A stretch of DNA of 64,000 nucleotides from a virus. The position numbers and the translations under genes are program-made. The stretch is taken from positions 32,001 through 96,000 of the IMG/VR virus record IMGVR_UViG_3300020061_000004; one strand, given 5' to 3'. Positions 1 through 11,656 of the stretch are shown here, one piece after another. The first letter of the stretch is position 1, and each line of letters starts with the position of its first letter. A model generated the notes under the pieces. That model was not told the DNA's origin. It searched no databases and saw nothing but the letters and a program-made list of their open reading frames with translations.

Positions 1-37
1 AATATACAATTATAATTACAATTAATTAAACGTGTAA
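1..37 (-). promoter_or_regulatory. Class II promoter candidate (truncated) TTACA-N26-TATATT
   Basis: Runs off the window edge; shares ATTATGGTTACA with the portal promoter. Confidence 0.55.
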
Positions 38-47
38 CCATAATTGG

Positions 48-3000
48 TTAATCACATTGTAATTCAAATATACCACTCTGTTGAAGATTAGCATATAAAT
101 CATCATCTGACATTTCATGATAATCTAAGATAGATTTCTCTAATCTAGCTACTGCTTCTTCTTCGAAATGCTTCTTGAAAAGCCTTTCTTCCTGTGGAGT
201 CTGGAGTGTATTTTGTTTTACACTCTTAATATTTAGATAGGTACTAATACCAGGCTGATTTACCATATATACTGCTGTAGTAAGAGGAACTTTCAGACCC
301 ACCATATAGTTGACAATCTTTAGAGCATCTACAGATAGATTATAAAGAGCATTTAACTGTTCTTTAGCTTCATCCGTTGCAGCAGAGGTAAGAGCTGAAT
401 AAACACCATTAGTACGTCTACCATCAAATTGCTTTGATTCAGAGTCTAAGTTTAATTCATTATTTCCTCCAAAACTATCAAAAGTCATTCCATCAAATCT
501 GAATGGCTGAATCTTCTCTGTTTCTCTAACTTTTATACCTGCTTTATTAAGAATAGAGTATATTAAGCTTGCATTAACGTCAATACCAATGTTATCTTTA
601 CCAGCACTGTTATTTTTGAAAGCCTGATATTGTCCACCCATACTATCTCCAGGAAAACTAGATTTTTTACCAAATACCTTTCCAACCACTTTATCATTCT
701 TATCACGGAGTGTAAGTTCACCTCTACCCTGTATTTCTGAAAGGGCTTCCATTGATGAAGATTCATCTGCAATTTCTCTAATACCTTTATTTGTAAGAAG
801 AGAAATATAGCTATCTAATATCTTGTTATTTAATATACCATTGTTCAGTTCTTTAGTCTTAGAAGCTTCTTCGAATTCTTCCTGAGTTGATGGTAAACCA
901 ACTTGTTTTAGAGCAGCTTCTACAATACTATTCTTAACATTCTCTTTCTCAACTGGTGATAGATTTATATCTTGTAACAACCCTGCATTCATCGGCTGTC
1001 CCATTATTTCTGAGATAGCTCCTTTAAGAGTTTTGTTATTCTTCTTCATATAATCCTTATACTCACCCCATTGAGCTTCACTACTACGAGCATCTCCATA
1101 TTTTCTAAACTGAGGCTTTCCATCTCTATATTCGGTATAGAAATCATATCTAGTGATATATTCCTTGTCCAAATCAAAGTCGGCACCAGACAGACGAACA
1201 AGGTCTTTTGAGAACATTGCCGTTGATCCAAGGTTAGCAGGAAGAAAGTCTATTATTCTTAGAGCCATGAAGGAGTTCTTATCCTGTGAGGGAATACGTA
1301 CCCCTAATCCCATAGCAATAGATTCTGGAATTTGATCTGTATCAGCGATATCAAGGAATTCTTTAAAGTGAGGAGGAAGCATCATTTCTGAGTATCTTCT
1401 TCCTGTATCATTACCATCACTATCATATTCAGTGACATTATGACGCAATTCATCAAGATATAACTGTCCTTCTTCTGTTACCTGATCAATACTATGAAGA
1501 ATAGTTTCAGCTTGTACATTTTGTCTATTATTTACGTAATGATCTCTGCGAATATGATCCCATTCTACCACTACACCATTTTCTATTCTCTTTGCTCTAC
1601 GAATAGTCTTAGTATCAATGCCAGAGAAAAGGGCTACAGTATAACCAGGATTCTTCTGTGATAATACTCCCTTAGAGAAGTATGCTAGATATAACTGCTG
1701 GAATTTAAACTTCGTAGCAGACATATTTAGGTTATACTTAGGAATACCATTTTCATCAAGAGAGAAAAAGTCCAGAAGCTGTGCGTCACCGCCACTTGCT
1801 TCAAGAGTAGATATTGCACGTTTTTGGAAATTAGCTAGTTGAGGAGTTACTTTACCTTCAGCAATTGATTTCTCAACATCATTATTAAAATCCTGAATGT
1901 TATAGATTTCATTTCTTGCTGCTTCAAAGTTATTAGATACCTTATTTGCTATAGCAGTCTGATAAATATCTCTTACCTGTCCTATAGTATATGTAGTACC
2001 AGATATAGATACTTCTGATTCATCATCCTGTTCACCATCAATAAGTTGTAATAACTGAGTTGGTGTAGTTATTTCAAGCTTATTGGAAGGATTTGCTGTT
2101 TGTAGACCGAAGTATGTATTATCATAAGGGTGCCCTACTAGATCAGAGAAGTCTTTAGCTCTACCTACATCCATAGTCATCATCTTGGAAGCAGATTCAG
2201 GAGCAGCAAAATGCATACTCTGATCTTCCATACGAGTTCTTAGATTATGTAAAGTTTCCCATCCTGGAATAGCTTTCCAATTACCATTCTCATCCTTCAT
2301 TGATGTAAGATTAGGCTGAAGAACAACCACAGACATTTTGAAATAACTCTTACCATCCTTAAAGATGAGTTTCATAGAGTTAGTCATTTCATCCCATCTT
2401 AGAAGTCCATTATCCTTATCAAAGATAGCATCAAATTCTTTACCATTTGCAGCTTTAATACTATGAATATTCTCTCCAGCTTCAAGAGCATCAAGTACAC
2501 GTGCTACTCTAGGAGTAAGCTGAGCAAGTCCCCATAGAGTATATCTAAGACCGGTAACTGTTGTATACATCTGAGCATCAGCTATCTTTGTTCCATCAGC
2601 AGATATAGGTTCTTTGAATATACCAATATTTGAGTGAGTGAATGGTTGAGTAATCCCTAGTTCTGGAGCAATAAGGTCTGTTCTCATAGATTTGATAGCA
2701 GCATTATCACCCTTAGCTCTTTTTACAGCATCAACAGCATCCTTCAGAGAAAGAGCAGGATCACCATGTAATATCTGATTGTAGGCTAGTGTATTAATGA
2801 AGTTATTCATTATTACATGCCCGACATTATCTGTGAACTTATCTTTACTCAGATTAATTGATTCATTACCATTAAAGTAGTCACTATGTAAGAATACATT
2901 AGAATACTTTCCTTTATTATCTTTATTAATAATACCTTCTGTTACTAATAGATTAAGAGTATCATCTACCATTTTATTTAATGATACTGCAAGCTGATCC

Positions 3001-6000
3001 TTAATATATTTCTCATCCTGCTCAGATATAACAGCAGTAGATGAACGAGCTATTCCTGCCATTCTGTCTAGGACAGTTTTTGGAAGAAGAGCTGTAAAAC
3101 TTTCAGTAAACTGTAATCCACGATATCCCTTTAGGATAACTGATCTATCTTCATTTCCTTGACTATCTGTTCCAAAATTACCAGTATGATAGTTTTCTAC
3201 AACATTAGATTTAATAGTACCTATTTCAGTATTTACTCTGTTTATACGATTAAATTCTCTCTTAAACTCATTAAATATTATATCTTTAACCTTCTGTGTA
3301 ACTCCTGATGCTTTATACATATCAGAAAGTATAGGCAGATTAACAGTGTCACCAGTACTAGAAGCTTCAAGTACACGAATCAGATGTGGTGTTGTAACAA
3401 CAGATGTTTTACCATTTCTCTGAGTTTTTGCATATGAAGAATAGATATTCATAAAGTTGATCAAGAACTCACGTGGAGAATAGTGACCATATGTAATACC
3501 ATCTTTCTGATCTCTAAACTCAGCAGTGACTACTTTACCAGCTTTATTTGTTTCTACTGCTTTAAGACCATCTATACGATTTACTAATAGATTATCTGCA
3601 ATAGCTTCAAAATCTGGAGATTTCATTAAGAAGTTATCAGTGAGCCATTCAGAATCATAGGCATCCCTATAAGCTGTTGTAGCTTCACGATATCCCTGTT
3701 CTCTTAATTGCTTACGGAAAGCAGCATCTCTAAGTTGATAGGAGAAGTTAATATTAAATGTACCATCTTGGTGGCCATACACTATTTTATCTTCAGCATT
3801 AGTAAATGATGATTCACCTACTGTTTCATCAAATAAAGAATTACCCTTAGCGATGTTTAGAAGACGACCAATCATAGCTGTGTCTATCTCTTCATTTACT
3901 TTAGTAACTTGCTGAGTATTATCATCTATTTGTTCTACTTCCTTTAAGTCTTTGAAATAAGGGTTTGAACCACCAGTTAATAGTCTAGTGAGTTGTTCTA
4001 AATCTTCTCCATTAAGAGTAGTTTCATCAGCAGTTTTCATGATCTGAACATACTCATAATCTTGTTTATTTATGAATTTGTTCTTAGGATCATCAAACTG
4101 AAGTTCTACACCCTCTTTCTTATATTTTTCATTAAGAGCATCAAATAATCTTGCATTTTTAGAAAGTATAGAATATTTTATATACTCTGAAGATAAGCGA
4201 ATACCTACCTGTGAAAGAGTATTCTGAACTCTTGTAACATCATCGGAAAGTTTAGTTGCATCATATTTAGTAACTATTCTTTCATCAAATATACTTCTTA
4301 TATCATTTACATTGTCACGAATAGCTTTTTGAGCATCATCTGAATATTTTGCATAATTATCTCCATATTCATTAGACCACTTATCAAACTGTGTATTTTC
4401 TACATTTTTACGATTCGCAGGGTATGATTTTGTAATACTTTTCTTAACATCCACTTCATTGAAAAGATAGTCTACACGAAACTTATTAAATCCTTTTCTA
4501 ACCATTTCTACAAGGGCAGGATTAATAGTGGCTTCAAGTCTATTCTCTTCAAAAAGAGCTTGAACATTAAGTCCAGTTTCTTTAATAAACTTCTCTACAA
4601 AATGTCTACTCTGTTCATTACCATTAGAAAACATAATCATCTTCTGGAAGAACTTAATAGGATCAGTAATATTAGCTACAGAACGTAGTAGACCATAATA
4701 TACTGCCCTAGAATCAACAGTATTTACTGTAGGAACACCTTCAATAAGCTGTGAGTTTCCAAATTCATCTACTTTATCATAAGAAGTAAATCCTATATAC
4801 TGGCGTAGTAATCCTGGAAGGCTAGAAAGACCTCCTATGTTTTCAGAAGTATTATTATAACCAGTACTAGGTTGTCCTTTATCCTGTTCACTATCTTCCT
4901 TATCTTCTTCTCTAAACTGCTCAATATATTTAATAGTATTAACATATTCTATAGCTCCCTTTTTGATTATATCACGACTTTCTGGGTTGCTGTATACATA
5001 AGCCTGATCAGATGATAAAATACGATTCATTTCAGCCTCAGACTTTCCCGCATATAGAGGATTGTTAATACTATATAAACCTTGTAAGTCATCAAGTATA
5101 GTATTTAATAGAGTATCATCAGATATATTTCTATACTTGTCTAACATCCTATATGTATTATAATAAGATGCTACACTCTGAACAGTCTGAGTAGATGTTT
5201 TAGGGTCCATATTACGTTTAATAGTAATCTGGCCTTTACCCACTTGCATAACTCCCGGACGAGCAGGTATTAATGATAGAGCTATTTCTGGATTACCATA
5301 ATCTTCTTCTGGCATCTCAGTTGTAAACCTATTAGCAGCAATATCATGATATTTGTAAACACCTGTGTCAATATCTCTAAAGAGCATATCAAGGTCTTTA
5401 CCACTTTTAGAGAACCATTTGAAGAAACGACGAATAGCATCAAATAGTTTATCAAATATACCAGCAGATTCTTTCTTAGCTTTCCAACCTTGAAACTTAT
5501 CAGCCATATATTCTTCATACAGTCTATCAAGAGCTTGACTATTAGATAGTGTATTATAAAGTCCTAAGTCTCTTCTTTCCTTTAAATATTGATTAATAGA
5601 TTTACCTTCTGATTTCAGTTGGTTATAAAGTCCCTTCTGTGCCTCAGATAGATATCTATCTATTTCAGCATCACTTAATAGCATACGAAATACACCATGA
5701 AATGCTTCATGATATTCTGTACCTGCTGGAGCATCACTATTAAGATATATAACTCCATTAGAGAATGCTCCCCATACTTGTCCCTTTATAGCTATTCTAT
5801 CAAGAACTTCTGATATATCTGCCATTTTAATAAAAGAAGGAAGATTATCAGAGATATACTGACGAGCCTTTTCTACATCTAATATAGTATTCAGTTCTTT
5901 AACACCGTTCTCACCAAGTTTGAAATCAAAATCAATATCTTGATTAGCACCTTTTGGAATATCAAGATTAAGACCCATACTCTTAGCTAATTCTCTTGCA

Positions 6001-9000
6001 GACATTCCTGAAAGATTATCTAATATTTCTCCAGTTTCAGCATCTCTAAATACTGTTCCTTGTGGTGTATTACTAAACTGTACTCCTACACTTCCTAGAG
6101 CTTCATCAGCACTGGTGAATACTTTATCTTCATTAGATTCCTGATTGAAATTAGAAGTAGCCTTAGCATCTCTTATTTCTTGAGGAGACACCATTCCTAA
6201 TGGATTTCCTTGGTCATCTGTATCTACTTGTGTAAGACCACCAAAGATTCCCTTACTAGGAAGAGTAATAGGAGAAGGAGCTATCATTTCCTGCACTGGT
6301 ATACTAGGAGCAGGCATTTGAAATACTCCACTAGTAAGAGGTACTACAGAAGATATCTCAGGGTTATATACAATATTAATACCCTTTTGCTTTTCTACTG
6401 AGGTGATGTTTCCTTTGCCGTCATAAGCAATCTGAAATGGAAGAATTCCAAGTCTCTTTGGTTTTACACCAAATTCATTCTGGAAAAGGTTAGAATATGC
6501 ACTAAGTTGATTAGTATGATTCTGTCTCTTAGTCATCTTACCATTGTAAGAATCATCATACTTACCAAAATCCTTAGCTGTCTTTATATCATAAATACTA
6601 TAATTACCATCCTTATCTACCGATAGAATATCTACTTCACCAGCTATTTTACTTACTGGATCAAATAATACTATATTATTACTAATAAACTTCTCACCTC
6701 TATCTTCAATAGTTTTCTTAATTTCAGTGAGTGCTTTTATGATAGAAGTATGAGCTTCATCAGAAATACCAGCAGGTTTAGTAGCAGTTTTACCAGAAAA
6801 GAAATCTCTTACAATTCCATCTACTGTACTACCAGCAACTCTTGCATTTTCGTATAGAGAAGAGTCACCATCAAAATCATTAGGAATAACATTTGTTACT
6901 CTTCTATAGTTCTCTCCTCTAATTATATAAAACTGCTGATCTGCTGTTCTTCCTTGTACTTCTGTCTGACTAGCTATAACAGCAGCCATAATATCTTGAG
7001 AAGTCTGAAGATTTGCACCACTACTTACAGCATTCTGATTAGCAGGATTATTTCTTTCAGTACCTCCAGCTGCCTTATAGGCACTAGATATCTCTTTATA
7101 GTTAGGAGTGATACGAAGAGTACCATTCTTAAATACATTAGTAGTTGTTGCACTACTTAAAGCATTACCCGCAGCATCAGCATTAGTTTCAGAATCTTTT
7201 GCAATATTTTCACGGAACTGACTAGCAGAGAAATTAACTTTAAGTGCAGCAAATGCTGTAGCTTTATCAATTTGTTCCTGAGTCATTCCTTTCTTAACAG
7301 TACCTACTTTAACTGCTTCCTTATTGAAGAGATCAATCATCTCTCCTAAGTTCTTAATAGTAGCTACTCTTGTAGGAGCAATATATAAGGTATATCCTGC
7401 TTTAGTGTCCTTATCGTATATTTCCATACGAATTGCACCAATAGGGCTTACAGAAAGATTAAAGTTCTTTTTACCATCTGGATCAGATATAAACAGTTGA
7501 TTATCAATACCTTCATTAAAAGTATCATTATATGCTTTTGCTTCAGCATTAGGATATTTATAATAAACAACTTGATCACCAATTAATAACTGTCCATCTG
7601 CTAATTCCTTAGTAGATTCTGCAAAGTTAGTTTCTCCTGAAAGTTGTGCTCTATCTTTAAGAGAGTTAAACAATGCACTTTCAGCTTGTTCTCCTAACTG
7701 TCCAGGAGTAAGAGCTACATAATGTAAAGCTCCATCTGGTGTTTGAGTAACCCCAACATATCTTGTTCCAAGAGCATGTATTCTAGTAACGTCTCCAGCA
7801 ATTTTAGCTTTTAATTCTTTAGAATCAGCATTGTTATCATAAAAAGCAGGACTATAGATAAACTCCATAATATCAGACTTCACATATCCACCAATATCAT
7901 TATTATATACACGAGGTATAGAGATAATTACTTGTGACTGAACATCCTGTCCATTAGAACCTTTAAATACATGAGTAGTATTCTCTAATTCACTATATAA
8001 AGGTCTTTCTCCACCCGGTGGGATCAGATCAAGTTCCCCATATGTAAGTTTTACATCTACAAGTTTTTCAAGCTGTTCTTCTGATAGAGTAATAGCTTGA
8101 TTATTATTGTTCTTAAACTGTATAGCAAAATAGTTCTTCAGAGCAACCATAGCATTATACTGTTCCAAATCAGCAGCATATTGTGCAGCAGGTCTGGAAG
8201 TAAAATTAGCGTATTGTTGAGCAGTAAGTTTATCTAATGTAACTAATTGATTATTAACATTAAATAATAGTCTATCAGGAGTAGCAAGTTTTGCCACTTC
8301 ATCTCCAGTATGTAAGATAGACATATCTATAGGAGAAAGAGAAGAATATACTCCAGGATAACCTTTTAATTGTGTATATGTATTATTAGCTTTTTGATCA
8401 TTATAGGCTTGTTGACGTTCAGGAGAAAGAGGCTGTATTCTGATAGTCATATCAGCTTTAAACTCAGCTGATGTTTCATACTGTATAGCTTCTTGGAAAG
8501 GAACTTTTAAATCAGCAGGAACAAGAGCTTTATTAAAATAATCTTCTGTACGTAAAGCTTCTCTACCAGCTCCAGCACCAGCAGGTTGAGGCTGAGGAGG
8601 ACTTGGTGGTACAATAGGTTTAGAAGCCTTCTGGGAAGCAGCATTTGCAGCAGTGTTAAGAGTTACAGCCTGTGCTCTAATAGCAGCTACATTACTATTA
8701 TGTATATAGTAGTTCTTACCATCTGAGCTTTTAACTTGTGTATACTCTGAAAGGTTGACATTAGGATTTGTCATCTTAAGATCATCAACTGTAGATAGTT
8801 CATCTACATTATCAAGATCATCAGAAGCAGCTTTATCCTTTCCATCAATAACATTTAATAGAGCATTATAATATGTTCTTTTCTTCTCATCATCTAATAC
8901 TTGTGTAGACTCAGTTAATTCTCCTTGCCCTTGTTGTTGTGATGCAGCAAGACCAGTTCCTGTAGATAAACCATTAGCTTGAGCAGCCTGCTGAGCAACT

Positions 9001-11654
9001 ACATTTACCTGTGGATTCTGAGGTTGTACAGTATTAGGAGTGAGTGTAATAGGCTGTACCTGTACTTTACTTCTAATATCCGCTATATTATCAAATAATT
9101 TCTTAAATCCACCTTTAGTTGTAAGACGAGCATAACTATCAGCAGCTATTTTATTTCTGGAGTTTAGATATGCAATATCCTTACTCCTACCCATAACATC
9201 TTTTATGATAGTAGGATCAAACTTCTTTGCTCCAAATGGGGCATAAGCTTGATTATAATCTTGAGCATATTTATTAAATACGTTAAAGAGTAAATCTTGA
9301 TATGATTTTTGAGAAGCTTTTTCATCCTTCTGATCTAAAGAATCATCAATAAGAGAAACACGTTCTAATAGGTTATCTTTCTCTTTCTGAGACTCTTTAT
9401 CACCAAGCTTAATACCTTCATTTAAAATAGAAATACGACTTAAATAGTCTTGTTTAAGACTATGCATACCCACATCACTACCAAGTTTCTCAACTTCATC
9501 AGCATTTACAGCTGTATGAGCAGCTATTTCAGAACGCATCTGAGAGATACGATTATTAGAATCTCTTGCCACACTCATAGAGTAGGTGAGTTGATTCTTA
9601 GTATCTTGATATATCAGATATTTTTCATTCTCTTTATCCTGTTCGGCTTTCTGCTCTGCATTCTTGTAATTACCAGTACCTTTATAGTTAAAGGGATTTA
9701 CAAATGTTCTATCTACTCTATCGTGTATATCTTTAATAGAAGCTGCTGTACTCTTTAATGTACTAACATAATCTGCTACTAATTTTTTATTAGCATCAGT
9801 TTGAGGAATATTAAATTCTTTTTGAAATTCATCCTGACTAAGCTTATTTAGTTCATCTAATTGATCAAGACGAGTTTCATACTTATTCTGCTCAATACCA
9901 GACACAACGAAGTTAACCATCTGCTCATGCTGATAGTTCTTGAATAAGAATGGATTATTAGCCTTAGCAGCAGCCAGCATATCATCTTGGATAGCATCAG
10001 CAGCTACTTGTTCTCCATATTTATTCTCAAATACTCCTGTAAGAGTTTTGGCATTAAGTCCTTTAAGAACATCTTGTATTTGTTGCTTACGATCAGGAGC
10101 TTCTATACCTCTTATTTTATGGTATATATGTTCTCCAGCACTATATAAAGCACCACCAAGAACACCATCAATAATATTCTCCCATCCTTCCTGAGTACCT
10201 AAAGTCTTAGACATACCAAGACCAAAACTCTTCATGAAGTTATTAGTCTGATCTATAGATGGTTGATGATACTTACGTTTGTAATAATCGTCTACACCAT
10301 TCTGTATAGCAAACTGCGATCCTTCTTCAAAACCTTCTGATAAACTTTCTGTAAGTAGTTCAACAGGTTTACTACTAGTAATAGCTTTTCCTATTCTAGC
10401 AAATGTATTAGTTGGCTGTACAGCTTCAAATATATCTCTACTACCTTCTTTAAGAGCAACTCTTATACCTGTCTTAGCTTCTGCTTCTACGGCATCTTTA
10501 ATGACATTAAAAGGCTTTAGTAAGCTACCCCACTGAATAGAGTTAGTGGCAGCTAATAGAGCTGTATTTAAGAGAAAACGTGTATTACCAGCAGTTTTTG
10601 CTGTATCATATATTTTCTGTTGAGCTTCATAATCTGGCATTTTGCCATTATTATTGAAGTATTCTTGAGTAAGGTCTTTATTTAATTGATTAAATCCATC
10701 AAGTCCTTCAAATGCAGCTTCACCAACACCTGATGTAATCATGTTGGCACCCCATAGTCCTTTTCTCACTGCATAGTTAAACTTATCAATACCTTTTAAT
10801 CCTTTGATGATATCATCAGCAGATTTTATAGAACCTTTTAATCCAGCAAGTCCTTCTTCACCAAAATTAATAAGTTTACCAAGTCTATATACTGCTTTGT
10901 TGATCTGTAAGGCAGCAAGAGGCACTTCTCCCACTCCACCTGTAACAGCACCAACAACAGCATCTTCTACTAAGCTTCCACCAATAGCACCAATAGTGAA
11001 ACCTGTCTGTTGTAATATATTACCCCATCCATTACCAGCATTACCATAGAATGGAACAAGATTTAAGAATGGATGTTGTCTTTCCCAGTTTGTTTCATAG
11101 TTAGGCATAGCATTCTCTGCCCAGTTCTGCATATCAGTAGCCCAAGTATTAGTGGGGTTATTCCACACCTTATCAATATTTCCCTCTTTTGCAGCAGATA
11201 TCATATTAGGAATATCCATCAATGAATTGGCAAAACTTCCTACTGTTGTTACAGCAAGTTTACCAAAACGGTTTCCCATCTGCTTAACCCAACTTTGATT
11301 CTCTCCATACCAGTTTGATATATTTGGGTCATCAGGAGTAAATCCTCCATATGCATCTGTCAAATAGGGATCAGCAACAGACTTATTAGTATATTTAAAA
11401 TCAGTTAAGAAGTTAGTTGGTGTATTTTTTATAGCACCTAACATTGCAGCATATGCAGGATTAACCTTTGAATTTCCTGCTAAAGTATTTGGAGCACCAT
11501 CATTGAATAGAAGGTTTGGTGCTGTTGGTGCATCAACAACATTGGTACGATCTATTACACGTCCTAAGTCCTTGTTTATATCATAATTAGAAGCCGGAAT
11601 AGCAGTCTGCTGTCCCGGCTGAATATCTGTAGATATGGGAGTAGTTCCAGCCAT
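48..11654 (-). CDS. Giant virion-packaged RNA polymerase (crAss-like, phi14:2 gp66-type) with zincin and PD-(D/E)xK domains
   Basis: 3868 aa. C-terminal GVRIPSQ and SGADFDLDKEY (catalytic DxDxD at nt 1167-1181); HEAFH zincin motif; AGEVDILS...IYDIKT nuclease motif; lies at the end of the virion block. Confidence 0.88.
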   Translation of the reverse strand: MAGTTPISTDIQPGQQTAIPASNYDINKDLGRVIDRTNVVDAPTAPNLLFNDGAPNTLAGNSKVNPAYAAMLGAIKNTPTNFLTDFKYTNKSVADPYLTDAYGGFTPDDPNISNWYGENQSWVKQMGNRFGKLAVTTVGSFANSLMDIPNMISAAKEGNIDKVWNNPTNTWATDMQNWAENAMPNYETNWERQHPFLNLVPFYGNAGNGWGNILQQTGFTIGAIGGSLVEDAVVGAVTGGVGEVPLAALQINKAVYRLGKLINFGEEGLAGLKGSIKSADDIIKGLKGIDKFNYAVRKGLWGANMITSGVGEAAFEGLDGFNQLNKDLTQEYFNNNGKMPDYEAQQKIYDTAKTAGNTRFLLNTALLAATNSIQWGSLLKPFNVIKDAVEAEAKTGIRVALKEGSRDIFEAVQPTNTFARIGKAITSSKPVELLTESLSEGFEEGSQFAIQNGVDDYYKRKYHQPSIDQTNNFMKSFGLGMSKTLGTQEGWENIIDGVLGGALYSAGEHIYHKIRGIEAPDRKQQIQDVLKGLNAKTLTGVFENKYGEQVAADAIQDDMLAAAKANNPFLFKNYQHEQMVNFVVSGIEQNKYETRLDQLDELNKLSQDEFQKEFNIPQTDANKKLVADYVSTLKSTAASIKDIHDRVDRTFVNPFNYKGTGNYKNAEQKAEQDKENEKYLIYQDTKNQLTYSMSVARDSNNRISQMRSEIAAHTAVNADEVEKLGSDVGMHSLKQDYLSRISILNEGIKLGDKESQKEKDNLLERVSLIDDSLDQKDEKASQKSYQDLLFNVFNKYAQDYNQAYAPFGAKKFDPTIIKDVMGRSKDIAYLNSRNKIAADSYARLTTKGGFKKLFDNIADIRSKVQVQPITLTPNTVQPQNPQVNVVAQQAAQANGLSTGTGLAASQQQGQGELTESTQVLDDEKKRTYYNALLNVIDGKDKAASDDLDNVDELSTVDDLKMTNPNVNLSEYTQVKSSDGKNYYIHNSNVAAIRAQAVTLNTAANAASQKASKPIVPPSPPQPQPAGAGAGREALRTEDYFNKALVPADLKVPFQEAIQYETSAEFKADMTIRIQPLSPERQQAYNDQKANNTYTQLKGYPGVYSSLSPIDMSILHTGDEVAKLATPDRLLFNVNNQLVTLDKLTAQQYANFTSRPAAQYAADLEQYNAMVALKNYFAIQFKNNNNQAITLSEEQLEKLVDVKLTYGELDLIPPGGERPLYSELENTTHVFKGSNGQDVQSQVIISIPRVYNNDIGGYVKSDIMEFIYSPAFYDNNADSKELKAKIAGDVTRIHALGTRYVGVTQTPDGALHYVALTPGQLGEQAESALFNSLKDRAQLSGETNFAESTKELADGQLLIGDQVVYYKYPNAEAKAYNDTFNEGIDNQLFISDPDGKKNFNLSVSPIGAIRMEIYDKDTKAGYTLYIAPTRVATIKNLGEMIDLFNKEAVKVGTVKKGMTQEQIDKATAFAALKVNFSASQFRENIAKDSETNADAAGNALSSATTTNVFKNGTLRITPNYKEISSAYKAAGGTERNNPANQNAVSSGANLQTSQDIMAAVIASQTEVQGRTADQQFYIIRGENYRRVTNVIPNDFDGDSSLYENARVAGSTVDGIVRDFFSGKTATKPAGISDEAHTSIIKALTEIKKTIEDRGEKFISNNIVLFDPVSKIAGEVDILSVDKDGNYSIYDIKTAKDFGKYDDSYNGKMTKRQNHTNQLSAYSNLFQNEFGVKPKRLGILPFQIAYDGKGNITSVEKQKGINIVYNPEISSVVPLTSGVFQMPAPSIPVQEMIAPSPITLPSKGIFGGLTQVDTDDQGNPLGMVSPQEIRDAKATSNFNQESNEDKVFTSADEALGSVGVQFSNTPQGTVFRDAETGEILDNLSGMSARELAKSMGLNLDIPKGANQDIDFDFKLGENGVKELNTILDVEKARQYISDNLPSFIKMADISEVLDRIAIKGQVWGAFSNGVIYLNSDAPAGTEYHEAFHGVFRMLLSDAEIDRYLSEAQKGLYNQLKSEGKSINQYLKERRDLGLYNTLSNSQALDRLYEEYMADKFQGWKAKKESAGIFDKLFDAIRRFFKWFSKSGKDLDMLFRDIDTGVYKYHDIAANRFTTEMPEEDYGNPEIALSLIPARPGVMQVGKGQITIKRNMDPKTSTQTVQSVASYYNTYRMLDKYRNISDDTLLNTILDDLQGLYSINNPLYAGKSEAEMNRILSSDQAYVYSNPESRDIIKKGAIEYVNTIKYIEQFREEDKEDSEQDKGQPSTGYNNTSENIGGLSSLPGLLRQYIGFTSYDKVDEFGNSQLIEGVPTVNTVDSRAVYYGLLRSVANITDPIKFFQKMIMFSNGNEQSRHFVEKFIKETGLNVQALFEENRLEATINPALVEMVRKGFNKFRVDYLFNEVDVKKSITKSYPANRKNVENTQFDKWSNEYGDNYAKYSDDAQKAIRDNVNDIRSIFDERIVTKYDATKLSDDVTRVQNTLSQVGIRLSSEYIKYSILSKNARLFDALNEKYKKEGVELQFDDPKNKFINKQDYEYVQIMKTADETTLNGEDLEQLTRLLTGGSNPYFKDLKEVEQIDDNTQQVTKVNEEIDTAMIGRLLNIAKGNSLFDETVGESSFTNAEDKIVYGHQDGTFNINFSYQLRDAAFRKQLREQGYREATTAYRDAYDSEWLTDNFLMKSPDFEAIADNLLVNRIDGLKAVETNKAGKVVTAEFRDQKDGITYGHYSPREFLINFMNIYSSYAKTQRNGKTSVVTTPHLIRVLEASSTGDTVNLPILSDMYKASGVTQKVKDIIFNEFKREFNRINRVNTEIGTIKSNVVENYHTGNFGTDSQGNEDRSVILKGYRGLQFTESFTALLPKTVLDRMAGIARSSTAVISEQDEKYIKDQLAVSLNKMVDDTLNLLVTEGIINKDNKGKYSNVFLHSDYFNGNESINLSKDKFTDNVGHVIMNNFINTLAYNQILHGDPALSLKDAVDAVKRAKGDNAAIKSMRTDLIAPELGITQPFTHSNIGIFKEPISADGTKIADAQMYTTVTGLRYTLWGLAQLTPRVARVLDALEAGENIHSIKAANGKEFDAIFDKDNGLLRWDEMTNSMKLIFKDGKSYFKMSVVVLQPNLTSMKDENGNWKAIPGWETLHNLRTRMEDQSMHFAAPESASKMMTMDVGRAKDFSDLVGHPYDNTYFGLQTANPSNKLEITTPTQLLQLIDGEQDDESEVSISGTTYTIGQVRDIYQTAIANKVSNNFEAARNEIYNIQDFNNDVEKSIAEGKVTPQLANFQKRAISTLEASGGDAQLLDFFSLDENGIPKYNLNMSATKFKFQQLYLAYFSKGVLSQKNPGYTVALFSGIDTKTIRRAKRIENGVVVEWDHIRRDHYVNNRQNVQAETILHSIDQVTEEGQLYLDELRHNVTEYDSDGNDTGRRYSEMMLPPHFKEFLDIADTDQIPESIAMGLGVRIPSQDKNSFMALRIIDFLPANLGSTAMFSKDLVRLSGADFDLDKEYITRYDFYTEYRDGKPQFRKYGDARSSEAQWGEYKDYMKKNNKTLKGAISEIMGQPMNAGLLQDINLSPVEKENVKNSIVEAALKQVGLPSTQEEFEEASKTKELNNGILNNKILDSYISLLTNKGIREIADESSSMEALSEIQGRGELTLRDKNDKVVGKVFGKKSSFPGDSMGGQYQAFKNNSAGKDNIGIDVNASLIYSILNKAGIKVRETEKIQPFRFDGMTFDSFGGNNELNLDSESKQFDGRRTNGVYSALTSAATDEAKEQLNALYNLSVDALKIVNYMVGLKVPLTTAVYMVNQPGISTYLNIKSVKQNTLQTPQEERLFKKHFEEEAVARLEKSILDYHEMSDDDLYANLQQSGIFELQCD

Positions 11655-11656
11655 TA

